Position numbers and translations under genes: made by a program
In this document: positions 13,052 to 24,260 of the stretch, one piece after another
How positions within the stretch are numbered: the stretch's first letter is position 1
How the letters are laid out: every line of letters starts with the position of its first letter
The notes under the pieces: model-generated
Databases searched by the model: none
What the model was told of the DNA's origin: nothing
Seen by the model: the letters and a program-made list of their open reading frames with translations, nothing else
DNA from: the human T2T-CHM13v2.0 reference genome, Homo sapiens
Assembly (NCBI RefSeq): GCF_009914755.1
Contig: NC_060937.1
Strand: one strand, 5' to 3'
Length of the DNA stretch: 64,000 nucleotides

Positions 13052-13705
13052 ATGCTCTTTTTCCCTTCTGTAAAGTTGTTTCTGGGGTGTGGCTGTCCTT
13101 CCAGGACACCTTCATCACAGTAGGGCCGTGCGACTAGTGCTCATTAAGAGTGGTGTGTGTAGCTTATGGGCCAAAATAGTGAAGAAGTAGGTATTCTCCA
13201 AGCTCTATGACTTCTTTCATCTGTTCATTGGGTCACAATGGCCAAGGTCACCTTGGAAGCCATGTGTTGAGGATTGGCAGAGCCCCTATCAAAGTAGGGT
13301 CATGAATGATCCCACAGAGTAGAACACGGTTCCACACCCCCACCCCCTCACTGCCCGCTAGATTTACAGGGTGAGAAACAAAATTTCATGGGATTAAGCT
13401 ACTGAAATATGGAGTTTCTCTGTTATATTGATTAGTGTTACTTAAATATAGAAACTAGTATCTTAAAGTGAGTGCTAGTATAGTAAATATCCTAAAACAT
13501 GTGACATTGCTTCTAGATGCCAGGCAGGGAACAGTAAAAAACCTTGCGCTGAAGCATGGGAAGACAGAGGTCCAGTGTATGGGGTAACGAAACATTTGGT
13601 TACACTGTCTCCAAAAATAAGTTTAAAGGTAATCAATTTGCCTGTAGCCGTAAATGCAGAAAGTGAAAATAGAATATTCGTAGGATGTGTTGGTTGAATG
13701 CAGGC

Positions 13706-13957
13706 TATATTAGTTGCTTAGGGCTGCCACAAACTGGGCCCTTGAAACAACAGAAATTCATTCCCTCATGGTTCTGAAGCCTAGAAGTCCAAAATCAAGT
13801 GGTTGGCAGGGCCATTCTCCTTGAAACCTCTGGGAAATAATCCCTCTGTGCCTCTTAGCTGCTGGTGGTGGCGGTTGACGCGTCTTCACACTCCTTGGCT
13901 TGTAGCCGCATCATTTTAATTTCTGCCTGTATCTTCACCTATCTTCACATGTCTATC

Positions 13958-14011
<54 letters not shown>

Positions 14012-14225
14012 GAAATCTCTCTCTCCTTACAAAGATACCAATCCTTGGAGGTAGGGCCCACCCTGATCCAGTATGACCTTATCTTAACTTGATTATATCT
14101 GCAAAGATCCTAATTCCAAGTAAGGTCACACTCACAGATATCAAGGATTAGGTCTTCAGTACAGTTTTTCCAAATTCAATTCAATTGTGGAATTCAAGTT
14201 GAATTCCGCAATTCAACCCACAAAA
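13706..14225 (-). mobile_element. MLT1C-like LTR nested in the MLT1J internal region
   Basis: aaacaacagaaattcattccctcatggttctgaagcctagaagtccaaaatcaag ... aaggtcacactcacag ... caattcaaccca. Confidence 0.85.
13961..14010. repeat. (GT)25 microsatellite
   Basis: Seen directly. Confidence 0.97.
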
Positions 14226-14942
14226 TGGACATTGGAAAATTACATGGCCTCAGGCAAAATTTTTCTGTTTGTAGGCAAAAATTGAGAAGGAATAGAAATA
14301 ATACACATGTTTGGAGTTTGTTGGAAAAGCAGAATGCTGCTGCATTCGGTCTCGTGGGGAGCCAGACTGAGCAGGGAATCTTAACACATTGAACATGGGG
14401 CTTCCAAGTCTACTAGGGTGTGGGGAATAGATCCTGTATGTAGGAATGAGGATGCACATGGATACATTTTGACCAGAGAAGAGGACTGTGGCAGAGAAGG
14501 CTAGCTATGCACAGAGATCCTGTTCCCCTTCCGTACTAGAAAATGATTGCTGGGAGTAACTGCCTATTTAAGGACTGCATTTTTTACTTCCCCTTGCATC
14601 CGGAGGGGATAGAAGGAATGTATTTTACTTCCACCTGGTTAAGAAGTGCATATGCCTTCTCCTTTCTCTCTTCCTCCATCTTCTGACTAGATATATTCAA
14701 GATGACTTTGGGCTCTGCATGTTTAATAGGGCGGGACTTGTGTCAGACAGGATCCCTTAACAGCTGGATGGAGAAATAAAGGTATATTTTGTTAAGCCAC
14801 TGAGAATTTAGGGCTTATCTGCTATGGTAATATAAAGTTTTACCTTTACCAACATATAAAGTGTTCCTTAATTTATTTGAAATGTCTTCTATGGTTAGGC
14901 ATTTTAGATGTTTTTAGGTTTCTACTGTTACAACAATATTAA

Positions 14943-15512
<570 letters not shown>

Positions 15513-15729
15513 TCATCCCTGCTTATTTCTTTGGAATACATTCCTAGTGTGAAATGTGGAGGTTATGAGAGGCTGTCAATATTCATTGCCTTTCAGAAAG
15601 AATATTTCAGTTTGTAATTATTTCTACCAGAATTGGATGGTAGTACCGTGTTTTTCCACCATTGCCAACATACTTTGCAAAAATTTACCAAAGTGACAGG
15701 AGAAATAAAAATCATATCTTGACTAAGCT

Positions 15730-16350
15730 TGAAGTGTAGCCTGTACGGGTTGCCATCATTTCATCACCTTTTAGTCACTTCTAAACCTATTACAATTTAT
15801 CTTCCACACCATTAAGCAAATGAAAATGCACTTGTTAATGGTCTCTAATGACTTCTGAATTATCAGATCACATGGATGTATTTAATTCCTTGTCTTATTT
15901 TCTCTCTTTGTATCAGTTTAACAATGGAACAGAAGTCTTTTCTTTCTTATTTTCTTATTTCTTCACTTCTGCTTTTGTCTTTTCTTTAATATTATTATGA
16001 TGACAACTCTATCTTTGTGACCATTCCTTCTAAGTTCCCTTTCTGGATCCTCTTTCTTTGCCTGGTCCTACATGTTGGAGCTCCTTAGTGTTCTGTCCTT
16101 GTCCTCATATTTTCTATCTCTGTCCCTGCTCCCAAACCTACCTCTCGTGTGCTAATGGCTTTCTTATCTATGTGGTTAGCTTGGCCTCTCACAGACCCTG
16201 TGTCAAGTGCCTACGGGACATCCTCCACCTGACCATCCCATAGAGACTTCAAACTAAACAGAACTGAATTCATTATCGCCTCCTCCCTCAAACCTATCCT
16301 TTCATCTTTACTTCCTACATAGGTTGGTAACTCCGCTCTTTAACTCTTTA
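15730..16350 (+). mobile_element. L2 ORF2-region relic
   Basis: Degenerate L2 motifs (cttgttaatggtctctaatgacttc..., gacatcctccacctga..., aactgaattcattatc). Confidence 0.65.
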
Positions 16351-16365
16351 CTCACTCCCCTAGGC

Positions 16366-16870
16366 TGTGGGAGTCAATCGGTCTTTTTGAGTGTTCATAT
16401 TCAGGTTCTCTTGAATGTGCACTGGACCAGGTGACTTGCTTCTAACAAATGGAGTAAATAAAAGTGGCGGGATGTCACCTCTGGGATTAGGGTATAGAAG
16501 ACTGTGACTTCCATCTTGCTGGTATACTCTTCTTCACTCTGCCCCGAGCTTGCTGTAATGGACAGGGCCAGATGGCATGGCGCTAAGCCAGCAAGGGGCT
16601 GAAGCCCTCAGTCCAACAGTCTTTGAGGGCCAGGATTCTGCCTGCAACCACCGAGAGAGCTGCGAAGCTGATTCCAGCTCACTTGAGCCCCAAGATGACT
16701 ATGGTCTTAAATGTCACCTGGATCACAGCCTTGTCAGAAACCCTGAAGCAGAAGACCCAGCTAAGTTGTGCCCAGATTTCTGACCCACAGGAGTATTAAA
16801 CAATAAATATGTGTTATTTTAGGGCATAAGTTTTGGAGTACTGATTTGTTACACAGCAAATAAACAATAC
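16366..16870 (+). mobile_element. MaLR LTR (MLT1E/F-like)
   Basis: gtgacttgcttctaacaaat, gactgtgacttccatcttgct, gaagccctcagtccaaca; ends aataca. Confidence 0.8.
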
Positions 16871-18374
16871 AGGGAATAAGACAATGGCAAAATATTATGT
16901 GAAAATTTATGAATTTTTACCTTCGAAATATGTGAATGTTAATGAAGGAAATTCTTAGTGATAATATTTGAATACCTCTTCATATAAAATATATCAAAAT
17001 AGCATATTTTAACTTTTATCAGCATTTGATGTACCAACAATATTTTTCTTCAATATGTTCATTCTTGGTATGAAGAACTATATGAAAATTATAAATGCAT
17101 ATTTAAATGGCTAAGAAATTACATAAATTTTGATTAATTATAAAGTAATGAGAATATGTGGCCAAATTAAACCTCAGTTATTTGGCAGGAAGTTATAGTT
17201 ATAACACTGATCAAAGCAGTGTCCCTTGAACTTACCTTGATTAGCATTTCCTGTGTAACAAAAATGCCCCAGATTCCTTGAGAAAACTCACAGTGTTGGT
17301 TCATTCAGTGAAAATTTGTGTTATAATTTTGCATACACAACTACATGGTAAGTGGCTGTAGTTCCCAGTACATTGGCTTAATTGGGTGGATGTGACTTAA
17401 TTTAAGTAGCTGTCTTGTTTAATTCATTAACTTAATACTTTCACCCTCCCCCTCTATATTTCAAATTACCTCCAGGATGAAATAGAATGCTGTAGTTCTA
17501 AGGATAGAAAAACATTACTTCTGAGCAATATTTCAGTCATAGGTCAGTAATCTTGATAGCTGGTGTTACATCTGCCTCATCTAGCAGGGTGGATATAGAT
17601 GTTCTTATAGCTCGGAGAGAATCACCAAGGTACTAAATACATGCATAGGACAAAGACAGGCATCATTAGGAAGGGCAAGTATTGCAACATATTTTATTGT
17701 GTGCTATGGCTGCATGATGAAGTTTGCTGCCCCGACAGCCATAAATCACATTCACAGATTAAACTCATTTTCTGTGGCCTAAAGGAGCTTTTCTAGATTC
17801 AGTCATTAAATTTTTAGTTTAACCATTTTCATATGTGGAAAAAATGATGTTTTTTTACAGAGACGTAATGGTTATCCCTACTCTGGAGAAATTTACTGCA
17901 TTATATTGCTGAGGCTTAATAGAGATTTAGGTTTCATGTTGGGAATATACTGAAGATAAAATTTAATGGTGCATTCAACCACTTAGGTGGATTGTCATCA
18001 TAAGTCATACAAAAAAGCTGTAAGTGATGAGACTTGCTATCTTCCCACTGAAAGAAAAATATGAAAAACCAAATTGAAAATAATGCCTTATACCATAAAT
18101 TTTTATTTCCATGTACTTTTGCCTGTCACCAAGTATCACAGATCATTTCATTCTTTGATGTGTTGACTGTAAGTCTACATTGAACACTAAAAATAACATC
18201 AAATAGTGTCTTATTAACCTGATTTAAAACAATGATTTTTCCCTCTTTGTATTTTACAACACAAAAAATAAGCAGATGGATTTAGATGATTCAGTGGTTT
18301 TTCCCCTGGGATTTCACCCTCAAAACGAATCTCCAGATATTCTGTATGTCCCCATAAAAATGTATATTTTTCTC

Positions 18375-18681
18375 CTTTTTTTTTTTTTTTTTTGAGATGG
18401 AGTCTCACGCTGCTGCCCAGGCTGGAGTGCAGTGTGCAGTGTCATGATCTCACTCACTGCAACTTCTGCCTCCAGGATTCAAGCTATTCTCTTGCCTCAG
18501 CCGCCCAAGTAGCTGGGATTACAGGCACGTGCCACCATGCCTGGCTAATTTTTGTATTGTTCGTAGAGACGTGGTTTCACCATGTTGGCCAGGCTAATCT
18601 CGAACTCCTGACCTCGGGTTATCAGCCCACCTTGGCCTCCCAAAGTGCTAGGATTACAGGCGTGAGCCACCACGCCCAGCC
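18375..18681 (-). mobile_element. AluS, full length
   Basis: Reverse-complement Alu dimer; TSD tttttctcct on both sides. Confidence 0.95.
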
Positions 18682-18822
18682 TTTTTTCTCCTCAATTTGG
18701 GTATCACATGAATTAGCTTTTCTGTAAAGTACCATTTGCTCTGTCCTTTCTGTGTATTTCCTCCATCAAAAATTTCAGAGCCGTGTTTTATTCCTTCAAG
18801 GGTCTTCCAGGCAATTGTTTAG

Positions 18823-19035
18823 AGCAGCGCTACTTTTAAACAGAACCTTGTTTGATGATGAAAATATTCTTTATCTTTGTGTCTACTGCAGTGTACATAC
18901 AGTCCTAAGTGCCTGTTAGTCACTTGAAATGTGTCTAGTGCAATGGAGGAACTAATTTTTAAATTTCATCACATTTTAATTAGTTAAAATTTAAATTAGT
19001 CACATGTGGCTACTATATTGAACAGTTCAGTCTAG
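18823..19035. mobile_element. MER3-like hAT-Charlie MITE
   Basis: cacttgaaatgtgtctagtgcaatggaggaactaattttt...agtcacatgtggcta. Confidence 0.75.
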
Positions 19036-20726
19036 ATAACAAAGTGATAATGCATGCTTTATTTTAAATGTATTGTTCTTTTCAGTTAGATTTCACGATG
19101 TTCTCTTGGTGTTTAATCTTATTTTGCTTTATTTCATTTTGTTGAGTGTTTATTATGTGCCAGGTACAGTGCAATATTCATCAACATGGATGCTTATCTA
19201 TTTCTATTGTTTTTATTTATTTCTGAACTGCAATTGGCCACTAAGCCTCATGGGAAACTATCTTTGACCCCAGAGTGACCTGAAGATGCAGCGTCTTGGA
19301 ACTTTCACCTGGAACACCAGGATTCTCTCAGCCACATGCCTTCAGTAGCTAGGCTGTCTTGCTGTGATCTGCCTCTGTCACCATCCAGTGGGGACAGGTC
19401 CTAGGTGCAGAGCCAAGAGAACGATACATGTGATTTGATGTAAAATATGTTAATTAAAGGCCTTCTGTCTCCCTTTTTTGTCTTTTTCCAAAATTCTCTC
19501 TGAGATTTTCCATTAAAGGAGTAAAAATTTCTTCAGATGGAAAAAGAGCCTTATATTGTAATGTCTATGGGATTTTCATAGACTCTGAAAACCAAACTCC
19601 AAATTCCTAAATACCTAGACACTGTTGAAAGCACTTTACTTGAGCGCATTCAGGTATTATAATAACAATTACGTAAATTTTTCAGAACACTTCTGCCTGG
19701 TTGGATTAAGATCAAATTTATTAAAATATGTCTGAACCAATTAAGTAAATCGTGATATAATGTAAAGTACAAAACACCCACCAATGATAATAATTTCTAT
19801 CAACATTTCACATCTGCAGTTAACTTGAAGCAGATGCTCTAAGACACGGCCCATTGTTTTATATTTGCATGTGACAACATGTTTTGATGTTTTCTTTTTA
19901 ATTGTAACATCATGTCATGCAGCTTTTTAAAAAAGTACATGTGTGGTAAGTGTCAAAGCCTGAGCTAAAATTTCATTTCGAAAACTCTTTGTAGCATTTC
20001 CAATGATCCTATCTTTTTTCCATGTACTCCACAGGATTCAACAGAGTTGGATTGCTGAGAATAAAATTACGGATTTCTCCATAATGGACACACGCACTTT
20101 TTGTTTGTGCTGTTTCCTTTAGAATGGACGATGAGTCAAAATTGTTCGTTTATGCTTCTTCACAGAAGGATCTTCTGTGTCGTAGGAGGTGGCCTGCAGC
20201 AATCTGGACATTCAGTGGTCCTCCTGTGATTAATAGGTGAACGGATGAGCTATTCTGATAAGAACTGGGGAACTTTTGCCATTCAAAAGCAAATAGAAGA
20301 ACTGGGAGATTCCTCAACTTAGCTTTTCTTTTTTTTTGGTTCTAAAGTGACTGCGAATGGAGGTAGAAGAGAAGAAAAGCTTTCAAAAACATCTTCCATT
20401 AAGAAAAATATGTATCTTCATGAAGACCTATCTGAGTAAAATTACTAAAACATAATGGCTTTCTTGAAATAGAATGGAATGAAAGGCATATTAGGGAGTA
20501 TGAAAGTATGAAGATTTTATTAACATACTTCTAGAAGTTTATTAAATATCTGCACAGGAACTGTAATTTGAGATCAGTGGTGGAAAGAGAATAAAGGAAT
20601 CACGTGGACATCAGCTCTGAGGCCTGTGGCCCCACTTGCTTCTGGGCTTTCTATAGACATTTGCTGGTGACCTGCCCAGGCAGGCTAGAGTACCCTTTCT
20701 CATTGCACCCTGTGTTCCCATCCTCT

Positions 20727-20765
20727 TTTCCTTCCTTCCTTCCTTCCTTCCTTCCTTCCTTTCTT
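20727..20765. repeat. (TTCC)n microsatellite
   Basis: Seen directly. Confidence 0.9.
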
Positions 20766-22242
20766 CCTCCATCCCTTATGAAACCCTCGTTGTGCAGTTA
20801 CTTATTAGGTGCTGTGTGAGCGTCTGAAGTCTCCCCTCACCCACTTTTCCATTTGGGCCACTTGGCCAGTGATTGCATCAGTACCAGGGTTCTAGGAGCC
20901 ATGCAGGGATCCCCAGTGGGCAGAGCTGGCCGTAGCATTTGGAAAGGAAGAGAGAGAACTGGAGACAATGCCTAGGAACAAAAGCAGAGTCCAGACCCAG
21001 GCATCAAGTGCAAATCCAAAGGCTCTGGATGAGTCAGTTCCCAGCAAAGGGACACAAGTAGGCACAGAAGGAAGGACAGCAGAAAACACTGGTCCAGAGA
21101 GGGCCTGCAGAGCCAGAAGCGATGACGCATCCAAGGTTGTGTTTGACTTCTGCACTGCCTCTGCAACCTGTAAGCACATCTGAGCCAGTTCAGAAAGTAG
21201 GAAAACCAAAGTATATCAGAAATGGCCTCTTATCATCAAGGAGATTTTGGTCTAGATTGCTTATTGCTCAGGAGAAATCACCACTTTTTAAAAAGATATG
21301 CTGAGATAGGGTTTAGTTGGGATAGAAAAGGTTATTAAACTACGGGACACCCTTCCTTTACAGAGTGTAAGCACTACTACCCCTTTTGTTTGTCTGTTTT
21401 TCTTATTTTTCTCACAGATGCAGTTCCTGCATTAGTATTGATAAATGTGTGGCTGCTCCACTTGGAGTGTTTTCAAAGCATAAATCACAGCATTGATGGT
21501 GCTGTGGTTTGGCTCTTCCAGCCCTCTTAACAACGGTCTGATGGACTTGGCGAGAGTCTAGCCACGTGTTCTGGCCTCTGTCACTCTCATGGCTGAAACG
21601 CATGCACACCCACAGATGGGGGCCCCGTGGTAGAGATGTGCCTCTACTTGTCAAATAGACTGACTCCAAATTCGGAAATATGCCTCAGGAATCTAGAAAG
21701 ATAGAAAAGGAGTCTTCGTCACTGTAGGGTCTCATTCACAATATGGAGGAGAGATGGAGGGGAGTTTTTGGTATAAATTTTGCCTCATAAAAATTCTCCA
21801 CGTTGTTTTGTACTGTATGAGGGTAGCGAGAAATTAGTTGATGGTTAACAATCAAGCTGGAGAAGAATATCCTCAATTTTTCACATGGAAAATGAAAAAC
21901 TACAACTCCTTCCAAATATATGTATGTTTCTTTTCTGAAGATAGACGTGTGTGTGTTTGTGTGTATCATATAACATTTATTTTTTGATTTCTTTGTTATC
22001 AACAGTAAAAATACAGAAAATGATGCCAAAGAGAATTTCTGATTTTTCTTTCCTTGTTTTCCATTAAAGTGTATTACAAATAATGTCTTCAAACACAATA
22101 GCATGCATAGTGGCTTAAATTGGATTCTTCCTGGGCCACTCTGTTTAGGATCCAGGTTTTTAACATTGTTCTTCTAAGTGCATCCATGTTTCCTGAGATC
22201 CACAAAGCTTGATCTCATCCGTGGAACCACCTGGCCTAGAAC

Positions 22243-22410
22243 CAGCTGCGGCTCTTACTGTGGTCCCCAGACGGGCAGCCTCTGCATCACTGGGAGCTCC
22301 TTTGAAAGGCAGGTTCTTGGGCTTCACCCAAGACCCACTCAATCAGAAACTCCAGGGGCGGGCCTAGCCATCTGTGTTTTAACAGGGTGAGGCCGATGCT
22401 GGTGCAGGCT
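22243..22410. mobile_element. MER5A-like DNA transposon relic
   Basis: gtggtccccagac...gcatcactgggagc...aatcagaaactccaggggcggg...atctgtgttttaaca. Confidence 0.75.
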
Positions 22411-22419
22411 TTACTGCTT

Positions 22420-22580
22420 CCAATAGTTGTGCAAACTTGAACTAGATGATTAACTTTCTTAAATCTCAGTTTCTTTACTTGTAAAATGAAGCTAGTATTA
22501 TTTACTCATTGGACTATTAGGAACACCAAGTTTATAATACATTGTCTAACACGCTGTATGTATCACTTAATAAGTGTTTT
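22420..22580 (+). mobile_element. MIR SINE
   Basis: ttaactttcttaaatctcagtttctttacttgtaaaatga core. Confidence 0.7.
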
Positions 22581-23114
22581 CTTCCTCTTCCCCATCCAGA
22601 GCACTTTCTACCCTCTTCCCCCTCACCTGCCTCTAGACCAATAATATATCAATTCTGTTTTTATAAGGAATTAGTCAACATAAAAATTTCAATGTAGATC
22701 TTGCATCAATTTGGTGCAATGCACTTGGAGGCTATTTCTATTAGTACACCTTTAAAACAAAATGCTGAACAACTGCTGTGTTGTTTTCTAGGTTAAAAGC
22801 AATCCTCCCAAAGAAGTAGAGGTCTCAACTTTTACATCTTGATTTTACTGCAAAGAATATAGAAGGTTTAAAAGACAGGGTCTTTCTATGTCTCTAGGAA
22901 CTTTTGTGCTTCCCTCATCTAGAAGAACCAGGAGTAACTCCTTCATTGGAGATCGTCTTTCACTTGGAGTTTAAAGCATTTTGCTTATGTGACACCCTTT
23001 TTTGAAATGGCCTCTTTGATGTGGAGAGGCAGAGGGTATCTTAATGAATTCTAGACTGCTTTCTGCACAATCCATCTCTGAAAGCTGAGGAAGATGGATC
23101 CTGTTTTGTCATCT

Positions 23115-23270
23115 AGCTTCTTGCTACTCAGTATATGTTCCATAGGGACCAACAACAGTGGGAGCTGGTGAGAAATGAGGAATCTCAGACCCCTCCCTAG
23201 GCCTACAAAACCAGAATCTGCATTTTAATAAGATCTTCAAATAATTCGTACTCATATTACTGATTTGACA
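23115..23270. mobile_element. MER5A-like relic
   Basis: gggagctggtgagaaatgaggaatctcagaccc...cagaatctgcattttaataagatc. Confidence 0.75.
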
Positions 23271-23514
23271 CTGGATGAGTTCATTGTATCTATTTAGGCA
23301 AATAGATATGAAAAATTAAAGGGAACTTTTCTGGCTGTTTGAAAACACCTTCTTTTCAATGAAAATTTTAAACTGCTTCCTGTGGCTCACAATGGACCCA
23401 AAATTAGAACTAAATTCTGCCTAAGTGCTTTTCTTTAAACTGTATCACCTAAGGGATATATAAAGAGGCAAGAGTTTAGAACTCACTAAATCTAGAAGAC
23501 ATAACTCTAAATAA

Positions 23515-23640
23515 GAGCGTGACGCAGGAAGTCAGTTGATTGGTGGTGTCCCTGCATCACTTTCTTGGAGACCGTCTTGCCCATCCTGTAACCACACACT
23601 CTTCCTTCTTATGCTTTGCGCTTCTCCAATTCCGTAAGCA
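23515..23640 (+). promoter_or_regulatory. Candidate promoter/enhancer module (CRE-like TGACGCA, ETS CAGGAAGT, inverted CCAAT, RUNX AACCACA, downstream GTAAGC donor)
   Basis: Motifs seen directly in apparently unique sequence; function inferred. Confidence 0.35.
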
Positions 23641-24009
23641 CTGGCCGGAGCATTTCCATTAATGGAGTTGCCTTTCCAAGAGATTTTTATTACAGGGTTT
23701 TAAAAATGAGGCCTTCAAATTCTTAAGACCGAAAGGAATGAAAGTATAACTGTGATTATAAGATTATAGAAATCATCATGGGTTGAACTTTGGGAGTAAG
23801 AACTCCTGTCTTGAACTGTTTAAAACATGCTAGGAAGGTGACTATTGATTTGTTAGTCTGTCTATATCCCAAGAACTGTATTCGGTGTGAGGGATACTAG
23901 GGAACGGTGTCCTCTTCACAACACTTGGAGTCTTACTTTTCTTGGGTATACCATCTTGTAAGATTTTGAACCAGCAGAATACTAGGGTGTACCCAAATTT
24001 GTAATGTAG

Positions 24010-24028
24010 CTGGTGCCCCCTGCTGGAA
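24010..24028 (-). promoter_or_regulatory. CTCF binding motif (CCAGCAGGGGGCACC on minus strand)
   Basis: Matches the core consensus CCASYAGRKGGCRS; binding not shown. Confidence 0.6.
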
Positions 24029-24109
24029 CAGGGTTACTTAAATTTCCATCTTTTGGGCCATCTGTGCCAGCAACCCTGTTAAGACACAGCCTTGCCAACG
24101 TAGCCTATG

Positions 24110-24260
24110 GGTATAAGAGTAAGTCATTTAATTAACCTCTGCTTCAGTTCCCTGACATATAAGAGTAGAATAACAATAGCAGCCAATCCCAAGCTTCTTG
24201 TTGAAAGGTAGAATTAATTAGGGATGACAGTAAAATACTTCATGAAAACTGGATACTAAA
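24110..24260 (+). mobile_element. MIR/MIR3 fragment
   Basis: aagtcatttaattaacctctgcttcagttccctgacatataag. Confidence 0.55.

Larger units (their letters stand above)
13060..14855 (+). mobile_element. MLT1J-like provirus: LTR (about 13060-13450), internal relic, LTR (14487-14855)
   Basis: Two LTR copies sharing ttaagc(t/c)actga...; internal start gaaactagtatc; polypurine tract agagaagaggac before tgtggcag. Confidence 0.65.

Noticed and set aside
20892-21209. 105 aa minus-strand ORF and overlapping ORFs
   Set aside because: No recognisable domain or convincing start or splice context; consistent with chance.
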